Positions 40,925 to 48,387 are shown, numbered from the stretch's first letter. The stretch is 64,000 nucleotides of DNA from Bacillales bacterium (GCA_031546705.1 JAVBJX010000004.1:1792-65791); one strand, 5' to 3'. A program made the numbers and translations. Notes: generated by a model from the letters alone, not told the origin.

Positions 40925-41616
40925 ACTTATACATTTTAGTTGAAGGGCAATCAGAAGCAAATGTTTATCCAAAATGGTTAGCGGAACTAATCCCAGACTT
41001 TATCCGCATCCAAAATCCATATGATGTTTTGGATAATAATTATGTTCTTTATAGTTGTGGTGGTTTTCCGAGTATTTTGGATGAAATAAAACCTGCTGTT
41101 GAAGAAATGAATGAGATTAAGAAATTTGAGTACCTACTCATTGTAATAGATGCAGATGAATTGGATGTAGAAGATCGGAAACAGGAAGTATTAGATGTAT
41201 TTGTTGAAGAGAAATTAGATTTCGATTTAAATAAATTGTTTATAATCGTACAAAATCGCTGTTTTGAAAGTTGGTGTCTTGGGAATACGAGATTTTTTCC
41301 TAGCAATATAGAAACTACAGACTTTCAAATATGTAGGAATCATTACGATGTTAAAACGCAAGACCCAGAAAAAATGCCAAGAGATACGAACATCAAAACT
41401 ATTACAACTGTAGCACAATACCATGCATATTATTTGAAAAAGATGTTTGCTGAAAGAAAACTAACGTACAAAAAAGCGGGATGCGAAGTTGTTGGTGAAG
41501 GATATTATTTAGAAGAACTAATTAAGCGAATAGAGAATACTACCCATTTGAACACATTTAGAAATTTTGTCAGTGTGTTGAAAATGATAAATGAGAAAGT
41601 TACTGTGTCCAATTAA
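40921..41616 (+). CDS. Toprim-like DUF4276/RloB-type protein, translationally coupled to the ATPase
   Basis: The TTG start overlaps the ATPase stop (TTGA 40921-24). Contains LYILVEGQSE (E8), LLIVIDADELD (D77/D79) and a CFESWCL motif. Family assignment is by remembered motif layout and needs an HMM check. Confidence 0.65.
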   Translation: MNLYILVEGQSEANVYPKWLAELIPDFIRIQNPYDVLDNNYVLYSCGGFPSILDEIKPAVEEMNEIKKFEYLLIVIDADELDVEDRKQEVLDVFVEEKLDFDLNKLFIIVQNRCFESWCLGNTRFFPSNIETTDFQICRNHYDVKTQDPEKMPRDTNIKTITTVAQYHAYYLKKMFAERKLTYKKAGCEVVGEGYYLEELIKRIENTTHLNTFRNFVSVLKMINEKVTVSN

Positions 41617-41677
41617 TTTTTTCGATGCTTAATTAATACAAAAAGTATTTGGCAGAACATACTAACGGAGGAAACCA

Positions 41678-41899
41678 ATGCCAGACATCAAATTTGAAAT
41701 CAAACAAACAATCGGAAGTATTTCACAGTCTCCAAAAGGATGGAACAGGGAACTAAATTTCATTAGTTGGAATGATAAAGAACCAAAATATGATTTAAGA
41801 GATTGGTCACCAAATCATGAAAAAATGGGCAAGGGGATAACACTTAGTGTAGAGGAATTAAAAAGTCTAAAAAACATTTTAAATGAAATGGATTTGTAA
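41678..41899 (+). CDS. ydbC: YdbC / PC4-like single-stranded DNA-binding protein
   Basis: 73 aa; RBS ACGGAGGAAA. ..KGWNRELNFISWNDKEPKYDLRDWSPNHEKMGKGITLS.EE matches the YdbC family as I recall it. Confidence 0.75.
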   Translation: MPDIKFEIKQTIGSISQSPKGWNRELNFISWNDKEPKYDLRDWSPNHEKMGKGITLSVEELKSLKNILNEMDL

Positions 41900-41981
41900 G
41901 TTCACAGCTAGTACAAATGATTTTATATATTTCGTAATTTTCCTCTCTTCTTGGTATAATAATCAAAAGGGAGGATTTCTT

Positions 41982-42839
41982 ATGAGAACCATGCGTCCAA
42001 TTAATGATATAGTTTTCAAACAGTTATTCGGTCAAGAGGAAAACAAAGACTTATTGCTTTCTTTTTTAAATGCCGTTTTGCGTCTTCCAACACCGCTAGA
42101 TACTATCACGCTCATTGATCCTCATTTAAATGCCGATCAAATAGGCGATAAAAATTCTATTCTCGATGTGAGAGCTAAAACAAAAACAGGGGAACAAATC
42201 AATATTGAAGTTCAATTAGTAAACCAAAAAGATATTGAAAAGCGAACATTGTATTACTGGTCAAAAATGTATGAGAAACAATTAGTGGAGGGAGAGCTAT
42301 ACAAAAATCTCAAAAAAACCATCACGATTAATATTCTTAATTTCAAGTATTTCTCTACTGAACAGTTGCATAACACTTTTCAACTATATGAAAAAAACGA
42401 ACGCTTTTTACTTGTAGATGATTTGGAAATTCATACGATTGAACTTCCAAAACTCACAGAAGAATACCTTGAATCGGGTGAGTTACTCGCTAAATGGTTA
42501 GCTTTTTTACGAGTAAATGAAGAGACAGAATTGGAGGAATTTAGAATGCAAATTCAAGAGCCAATGATCGAAAAGGCAGTAAATTTATTAAGTATCATCA
42601 ATGGTGATCCAGAAAAACGTAGATTGTACGAAATGAGAGAAAAGGCAATGAGAGATCATGCGAATATTATGGAAACTGTAATGGAAAAGGGTATGGAAAA
42701 GGGCATAGAAAAAGGGAAACAAGAAGGAATAGAGGAAGTAGTTAAAAATATGCTAAAAGAGGATATGGAAATTTCTACCATCTCTAAAGTGACAAAAATG
42801 CCTATAGAAGACATTGAAAAGATAAAATCGAATATGTAA
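41982..42839 (+). CDS. Rpn-family recombination-promoting nuclease / putative transposase (YhgA-like PD-(D/E)XK), full length
   Basis: ORF 41883-42839. ATG 41982 follows AAGGGAGGA and a TGGTATAAT extended -10 (41951-60). N-terminus INDIVFKQLFG..LLLSFLNAVL, ILDVRAK..INIEVQL nuclease core. Confidence 0.8.
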   Translation: MRTMRPINDIVFKQLFGQEENKDLLLSFLNAVLRLPTPLDTITLIDPHLNADQIGDKNSILDVRAKTKTGEQINIEVQLVNQKDIEKRTLYYWSKMYEKQLVEGELYKNLKKTITINILNFKYFSTEQLHNTFQLYEKNERFLLVDDLEIHTIELPKLTEEYLESGELLAKWLAFLRVNEETELEEFRMQIQEPMIEKAVNLLSIINGDPEKRRLYEMREKAMRDHANIMETVMEKGMEKGIEKGKQEGIEEVVKNMLKEDMEISTISKVTKMPIEDIEKIKSNM

Positions 42840-42884
42840 ATCTGCTACAATCAACATAAAGATATAGAATTGGAAGTGTTTAAA

Positions 42885-43339
42885 ATGAAAATATTCTTCA
42901 AAGAAACATCCATGGGAAAAATTGGCATTAGAGAAAACAATGGCTTTATTACTCATCTATATTTTGAAATGGATACAATTCCAGAGGATATAGAACTATG
43001 TGAAACACGCTTATCAAGATAGCTTTTGAACAACTAGACAGCTATTTGAATAAGCAAATCACAGAATTTTCTCTGCCGATGATACCAGATGGAACGGTTT
43101 TTATGAAAAATGTATGGCAAAAACTTTGTGAAGTACCATATGGAACAATGGCGAATTATAAAGACATTGCCACAGCGATAGAAAATCCAAAAGCTGTTTG
43201 GGCGGTGGGCATGGTAAATAACAAGAACCCGATTCCCATTTTTATTCCGTGTCATAGAATTATTGGATCACATGGAAAACTAGTAGGCTATCGTGGTGGT
43301 TTGGATATGAAGAAGAAATTGTTAGAGCTAGAAACATAG
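42885..43339 (+). pseudogene. Methylated-DNA-protein-cysteine methyltransferase paralog with frameshift
   Basis: ATG 42885. MKIFFKETSMGKIGIRENNG.. parallels the intact ogt N-terminus. A 1-nt loss ~43011-14 leads to TAG 43020-22. The remainder (track ORF 43046-43339) keeps IPCHRIIG. Confidence 0.8.
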
Positions 43340-43366
43340 AAGGAGTGGGTGACTGTCCTCTCCGCA

Positions 43367-43535
43367 TAAAAGAGAGCCATGAATGCTTTTTGTCTGCATT
43401 TGTGGCTCTTGATTTTGGTTACATACTTGATTTTATTTTTTTGATTTCTTCGATAGACATGTAGATGACTCATTCGAGAAAAAAACCGAAAGCAATTTTT
43501 TCCTACATATTTACATACAAATAGTGAATCTAAAA
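43367..43535 (+). repeat. Intergenic element X (homologous to 48484-48657)
   Basis: Shares AAAGAG(A)GC[C/T]ATGAATGCTTTT, CTCT(T)GATTTT, GGTTAC, TTCT[T/G]CGATA, GAAGCA.T.TTTTTC and TACAT(A)TTTACAT.CA...ATAGTGA blocks in the same order and orientation (alignment by eye). Confidence 0.6.
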
Positions 43536-43649
43536 AGGATAGCGGTTTTGGCTTAAACAGCATGTGATCTACAGTGGTTTGTTATATTTCAACATTTTAA
43601 CTGTCCATTTGGTTAATACAAATAGTAGTTGCTATAATCTTTTTCCTCC

Positions 43650-43680
43650 TAAGAATTGAAAAGTGATATTCCGAAAGACA
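43650..43680 (+). promoter_or_regulatory. 31-nt conserved promoter-region motif, copy 1 (upstream of OYE gene)
   Basis: TAAGAATTGAAAAGTGATATTCCGAAAGACA; differs at 2 of 31 positions from 45000-45030; contains TTGAAA. Confidence 0.6.
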
Positions 43681-43752
43681 GTCAACTATCTATTCATGTA
43701 CTATAAAAAAGCAGTAAATAATAACTAACAAGTTAAAAGGAGAACACAGATT

Positions 43753-44874
43753 ATGACAAATGATGTAAATGTATTTAACCCAATAAAACTAAAGTCAGAG
43801 GTAGTTTTAAGAAATAGAATATTAATGGCACCTATGACAACAGCATTAAGTTTTGAGAATGGTATGATTACAAGTGATGAGATTGCATATTATGAATTGC
43901 GTTCAAAAGAAGTTGGTGCAGTTATCACTGCTTGTGCGTACGTTTCTTATGAAGGAAAAGCATGGAAGGGCGGCCCTTCAGCAGATTCAGATGATATGAT
44001 TCCTGGACTTACTAAATTAGCAAGTAGTATTCAAAAAAATGGTGCTAAAGCAATTTTGCAATTATACCACGGTGGTCGTAGGGTTCGTAAGGAAGCAATT
44101 GGTGGTGGGCAGAATGTAAGTGCAAGTGAAGTGGCTTCTCTTCAAAATAGTGAAAATACGCCAGTAGCTTTAACTCATGATGAAATCAATGAAATGATAG
44201 TTAAGTTTGCAGATGCTACAAAAAGAGCAATTGACGCTGGCTTCGATGGCGTTGAGATCCATGGTGCTAATGAATATTTGCTTCAACAATTCTTTTCACC
44301 ACATTCCAATGTAAGAACAGATAATTGGGGTGGTAGTTTAAAAAACAGAATGAGTTTTCCATTAGCAATAGTGGAAGCGGCAAAGAAAAAAATTGAAGAA
44401 CATGCTACGAAGCCGTTTGCATTGGGTTATAGAATCTCTCCGGAAGAATCAAGTGTGCCAGGAATTAATTTAGAAGACACTCTTGCTTTCATTACAGAGT
44501 TGAAGAACTTACATTGTTTGGACTATTTACATGTATCATGGGGTAATACACCTGCGTCAAGCAATGATTCAAACGATCAAGATTCAGTGGCTGTAAAAAT
44601 TAAAAAAATTACGCAAGATGATCTTGTTTTAATTACCAATGGAAATATCAGCAGCAAAGAAGATTTATCAAAAATTTCCGAATCAGGCGTAGAGATGGTT
44701 GCAGTAGGAAGACCTTTACTTATTGATCCAAATTGGGTAAGTAAAGTTGAACAAGGCATTTCTCCTAGAACAACCTTAACAAAATCTATATTGGAAGAAA
44801 TAAAAGTACCAGAACCTCTATGGGCTTTTGCAGTATCTTTTGGTGGATTCATACCATTTAACTTAAATGACTAA
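43753..44874 (+). CDS. NADH:flavin oxidoreductase (Old Yellow Enzyme family)
   Basis: 373 aa. ..APMTT.., GFDGVEIHGANEYLLQQFFSPHSN.RTD.WGGSL.NR..F. Confidence 0.88.
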   Translation: MTNDVNVFNPIKLKSEVVLRNRILMAPMTTALSFENGMITSDEIAYYELRSKEVGAVITACAYVSYEGKAWKGGPSADSDDMIPGLTKLASSIQKNGAKAILQLYHGGRRVRKEAIGGGQNVSASEVASLQNSENTPVALTHDEINEMIVKFADATKRAIDAGFDGVEIHGANEYLLQQFFSPHSNVRTDNWGGSLKNRMSFPLAIVEAAKKKIEEHATKPFALGYRISPEESSVPGINLEDTLAFITELKNLHCLDYLHVSWGNTPASSNDSNDQDSVAVKIKKITQDDLVLITNGNISSKEDLSKISESGVEMVAVGRPLLIDPNWVSKVEQGISPRTTLTKSILEEIKVPEPLWAFAVSFGGFIPFNLND

Positions 44875-44924
44875 GTTATAGGATAGTATGTCCTTTAGGA
44901 TGGTAGTATAGTAAACATAGAAGG

Positions 44925-44962
44925 GACACAAGTTCACACAGAGCTTGTGTCTTTTCTATTTT
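44925..44962 (+). terminator. Terminator after OYE gene
   Basis: GACACAAG / CTTGTGTC stem followed by TTTTCTATTTT. Confidence 0.7.
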
Positions 44963-44999
44963 ACCCAAATGCTATTCTTTGCAGTAATTGTTTGTCGTT

Positions 45000-45030
45000 T
45001 AAGAATTGAAAAGTGATATTTCGAAAGATA
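45000..45030 (+). promoter_or_regulatory. 31-nt conserved promoter-region motif, copy 2 (upstream of ogt operon)
   Basis: TAAGAATTGAAAAGTGATATTTCGAAAGATA. TTGAAA (45006-11), 17-nt spacer, TAAATG (45029-34) is a possible -35/-10. Confidence 0.6.
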
Positions 45031-45174
45031 AATGATTGTAGCAACATGTATACTAATAATATTCAGCTTCATACAGCATTTTAGTGAACTGGACATAAAA
45101 ATTTTAACCACTCTTATAGACATGATGAAGTGGTCATAACCCTATACATGGAGAATGAACAGGAGGTAATAACT

Positions 45175-45648
45175 TTGAAAAATATATTTTTTTATCAAAC
45201 AGAGATTGGTGAGATTGGGATTGAAGAAAATGCTAGAGCGATTACAAATGTCTATTTTGGTAGGCAACCTATATCTAGTGATGCTACATTAAAAGAAACA
45301 GCTTTGCTTAAAGAGTCGGCGAAACAATTAAATGAATATCTCCAAGGAAATAGAAAAGTGTTTGATTTACCACTGGAGCCTACAGGAACTGAATTTCAGA
45401 CAAAAGTTTGGACTAATTTGCTTACAATTCCATATGGTCAAACGTATAGTTACAGAGAAGTTGCAAGTTCTATAGGAAAAGAGAAAGCGACACGTGCAGT
45501 AGGGAATGCAAATAACAAAAATCCAATTCTTATTTTTATTCCTTGTCATCGTGTTGTGGGGTCTGATGGTAAACTGGTTGGCTATGCCGGAGGATTAGAA
45601 ATCAAGAAACATCTATTGAATTTAGAGAAGCAATATGCAAATAGTTAA
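45175..45648 (+). CDS. ogt: Methylated-DNA-protein-cysteine methyltransferase (Ogt/AdaB)
   Basis: ORF 45130-45648; TTG 45175 follows CAGGAGGTAA. ..TEFQTKVW..L..IPYGQTYSY.E.A...G...A.RAVGNANNKNP..I.IPCHRVVG. Confidence 0.9.
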   Translation: MKNIFFYQTEIGEIGIEENARAITNVYFGRQPISSDATLKETALLKESAKQLNEYLQGNRKVFDLPLEPTGTEFQTKVWTNLLTIPYGQTYSYREVASSIGKEKATRAVGNANNKNPILIFIPCHRVVGSDGKLVGYAGGLEIKKHLLNLEKQYANS

Positions 45649-45681
45649 AACGAAATTTTTTGAGTATGTGGCAATTGGAGT

Positions 45682-45994
45682 ATGAATTCATCTCTTTTCA
45701 AGAAAAAATATATACTATTGGATGCCAACCAAAAAAATTATGAAAGTGATACAATGGGCACCTTAGGGGGCTATAGAAGAGGACGAATCTACGGACAACT
45801 GGACTGTCCAATCTGCCCTACGTGCTATAGCCAAGGGAGGCTATGTTAGGCATCGTGTGTTTTTTGCAAATGAAAGTATTGCGATAACAGCTGGGTACCG
45901 TCCATGTGCTGTTTGTATGCCATTGGAATATAGGAAATGGAAAAATTCTATAACAAATGGAAGAGAAAAGAGTAAACCAATTGGCAAGGAGTAA
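45682..45994 (+). pseudogene. Small Ada-metal-binding-like protein, +1 frameshifted (or sequencing error)
   Basis: Own translation: ATG 45682 MNSSLFKKKYILLDANQKNYESDTMGTLGGYRRGRIYGQLDCP. After an extra A at ~45810-11 it continues in the next frame as SALRAIAKGGYVRHRVFFANESIAITAGYRPCAVCMPLEYRKWK.., stop 45992-94. Both halves are under 60 aa, so neither is in the track. Confidence 0.45.
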
Positions 45995-45998
45995 TTTT

Positions 45999-46706
45999 GT
46001 GGAACGAAATATACAAGAACAACTATTTTCTATGGCGGAAAGTGATTATCAAAAGTTTTCAGCATCACTTCTACCCGGTGTTAACAATATACTAGGCGTT
46101 CGATTGCCAAAACTTCGCAAACTTGCCAAACAAATTGCGAAAGAAGATTGGTGCGAGTATTTTAAAGCTACACAAGCAAAAAATAAACAAAATGAGTATT
46201 TTGAAGAGATTATGTTGCAAGGCATGGTAATTGGATATATGGATACAGATGTGGAAACAATAGTAACTTATATTTCAGACTTCCTTCCTAAAGTTGATAA
46301 TTGGTCGGTTTGCGATAGCTTTTGTATTGGACTAAAATTTACGAAGCAGAACATGGAGCAAGTGTGGGATTTTTTGCAGCAGTATTTTTATTCTGAAGCG
46401 GAGTATGAGGTTCGATTTGTCGTGGTGATGTTACTTAATTTTTATATTGACCAAGTGCATGTGGAGCGGGTTTTGATTATTTTAGACAAAGTCAACCATA
46501 GTGGCTACTATGTGAAAATGGCTGTAGCATGGGCTATCTCCATTTGTTATATAAAATTTCCCATCTTGACAATGGATTACTTGAAAAATAATCACTTGGA
46601 TGACTTCACTTATAACAAATCACTTCAAAAAATTACAGAATCACTTAAAATAGACCGTGATACAAAAATCATTATTAAAAATATGAAACGTAAAATTTCA
46701 AAATAA
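45999..46706 (+). CDS. DNA alkylation repair protein (AlkC/AlkD-like HEAT-repeat family)
   Basis: ORF 45957-46706; GTG 45999 follows AAGGAG. ..Y.KF...L.P......LGVRLPKLRKLAKQI.. typical of the family. Confidence 0.75.
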   Translation: MERNIQEQLFSMAESDYQKFSASLLPGVNNILGVRLPKLRKLAKQIAKEDWCEYFKATQAKNKQNEYFEEIMLQGMVIGYMDTDVETIVTYISDFLPKVDNWSVCDSFCIGLKFTKQNMEQVWDFLQQYFYSEAEYEVRFVVVMLLNFYIDQVHVERVLIILDKVNHSGYYVKMAVAWAISICYIKFPILTMDYLKNNHLDDFTYNKSLQKITESLKIDRDTKIIIKNMKRKISK

Positions 46707-46752
46707 GAAGTCCGTTACTAATTTTAAATATAAAACAAGGAAGGGAAATTAT

Positions 46753-47322
46753 ATGGCGTTAGAATATAAAGAAAAGTGGAATGCAGTCATTGGGAATGAT
46801 AGCTTTTATGATGGGATTTTCTACTATGGTGTAAAAACAACAGGTATATTTTGTCGGCCATCATGTAAATCCAAAGAACCTAAGCCTGAAAATGTTTCGT
46901 TCTTTGACAATATTGATCAAGCTTATCATGATGGTTTACGCCCGTGCAAAAGGTGTAGACCAGATTTGATTTATTTTAATCCAATGGATGAAACAATTGA
47001 AAAAGCCGGACAAATGATAAATACGTATTTTACAGATCCAGAGACGCTTTCCGAAAAATTAAAGGAACTCCGTATAAGTCAAAATTATTTTATCAGTTTA
47101 TTTCGGAGTAAATATGGCATTACGCCTGTAGAATATATCAAAAGTTTACGAATGAAAAAAGCAACGGAATTACTTTCTTCTAGTGAACTAACTATTTTAG
47201 ATATAGCAATAGACTGCGGCTTTGGTAGCTTATCGACTTTTTACGAAGCTTTCAAAAAATATTTTAAAATGACTCCGAAAGAATACAGAAAAACAAATGG
47301 TGGAAATACAAATGATAATTAG
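46753..47322 (+). CDS. adaA: Methylphosphotriester-DNA alkyltransferase / AraC-type activator AdaA
   Basis: 189 aa. Ada Zn motif FCRPSCKS..PCKRCRP followed by an AraC HTH (..GFGSLSTFYEAFKKYF.MTPKEYR). Confidence 0.88.
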   Translation: MALEYKEKWNAVIGNDSFYDGIFYYGVKTTGIFCRPSCKSKEPKPENVSFFDNIDQAYHDGLRPCKRCRPDLIYFNPMDETIEKAGQMINTYFTDPETLSEKLKELRISQNYFISLFRSKYGITPVEYIKSLRMKKATELLSSSELTILDIAIDCGFGSLSTFYEAFKKYFKMTPKEYRKTNGGNTNDN

Positions 47323-48250
47323 TGCCAGTAGAAGAACGGATATACCCGCTTTTTATTCAGAGTGGTTTATAAATCGTTTGAAAGAGGGATATGTATTCGT
47401 TAAAAATCCGAGAAACCCCAATCGTCTTGCTCGTATAGCTTTAAATCAGGATGTTGTAGACTGTATCGTGTTTTGGTCAAAAAACCCTGCTCCTATGTTA
47501 GATAGACTAAGCGAAATTGAAAATATGAATTATCCGTTTTATTTTCAATTTACACTTACGCCCTATAATAAACAGGTTGAACGAAGACTTCCATCAAAAA
47601 GTGAATGTATAGAAACATTTAAAAAATTAAGTGACAAAATTGGTTCGCAACGGGTTGTGTGGCGTTATGATCCTGTTATAATTGGTGAAAAATATACGAC
47701 TTCCTATCACTTGGATTCCTTTGGAGAAATGGTCAAAAATCTACATGGCTATACAAATCAATGCATTTTTAGTTTTATGGATAACTATCCTAGGATGAAG
47801 AATAGAACAAAAGGAATTGCGGATGCAGAAATAAGCGAATCGAACATGCACGAGATTGCAAATGGTTTTTCTGAAATTGCTAGTGAATATGGAATAAAAC
47901 TTAAAACTTGTGCAGAGGCAATTCATTTGAGTCAATATGGTATTTCTCATGCTTCATGTATGGATAAAAAAATGATAGAAGATATTGTAGTTTGCAAGAT
48001 ACATGCAAAAAAGGATAAAAATCAACGTGAAGCATGTGGATGTATAGAAAGCATTGACATCGGTTCATATGACAGTTGTGCTAATGGCTGTGTTTATTGT
48101 TATGCAACAACGAATGAAAGTATAGTAAAAAAAAACATATCTATGCATGACCCCAATTCGCCACTCTTGATTGGATATGAACATGGAGAGCAGACGATAG
48201 TAAACCGTGAAGTAAAATCCTTAAAAGAAAAACAATTATCCCTGTTTTAG
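47312..48250 (+). CDS. DUF1848 family protein (C-terminal Cys cluster)
   Basis: ORF 47297-48250. ATG 47312 follows GGTGGAAA and overlaps the adaA 3' end by 11 nt. IISASRRTDIPAFYSEWF..R...GY..V.NP.N, VFWSKNP, WRYDP, CGC..S.DIG.YD.C..GC.YCYA. Confidence 0.8.
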   Translation: MIISASRRTDIPAFYSEWFINRLKEGYVFVKNPRNPNRLARIALNQDVVDCIVFWSKNPAPMLDRLSEIENMNYPFYFQFTLTPYNKQVERRLPSKSECIETFKKLSDKIGSQRVVWRYDPVIIGEKYTTSYHLDSFGEMVKNLHGYTNQCIFSFMDNYPRMKNRTKGIADAEISESNMHEIANGFSEIASEYGIKLKTCAEAIHLSQYGISHASCMDKKMIEDIVVCKIHAKKDKNQREACGCIESIDIGSYDSCANGCVYCYATTNESIVKKNISMHDPNSPLLIGYEHGEQTIVNREVKSLKEKQLSLF

Positions 48251-48387
48251 AGATTAACAAACATTGGGATATGAATAATTTTTGATTAGAGAATAGTATT
48301 ATTTTGTTTGATGAGTGAAGAAGTTAAACATAACCGATTAACAATTCTATTTCTTAATTAGTGGAATTATCAACGACACAAACCGAT

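Noticed and set aside
41883-41981. N-terminal extension of the Rpn ORF (MKWICKFTAS...)
   Set aside because: The region contains the TGGTATAAT promoter and the AAGGGAGGA RBS, and family members start at MR.M.PINDIVFK.
30451-43340. Island considered as a prophage, ICE or composite transposon
   Set aside because: There is no integrase or recombinase, no tRNA target, no phage or conjugation genes, and no terminal inverted repeats seen. Rpn proteins are labelled putative transposases, but no IS architecture is present.
43381-43446. 21-aa hydrophobic mini-ORF in element X (MNAFCLHLWLLILVTYLILFF) as a type I toxin candidate
   Set aside because: SD spacing is poor, and the homologous position in element Y encodes only a 10-aa non-hydrophobic peptide. 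The feature is therefore not conserved between copies.
43288-43563. 91-aa minus-strand ORF covering repeat element X
   Set aside because: It has no RBS, Lys/Phe-rich composition and overlaps the ogt pseudogene 3' end. The homologous element Y carries stops in the same frame.
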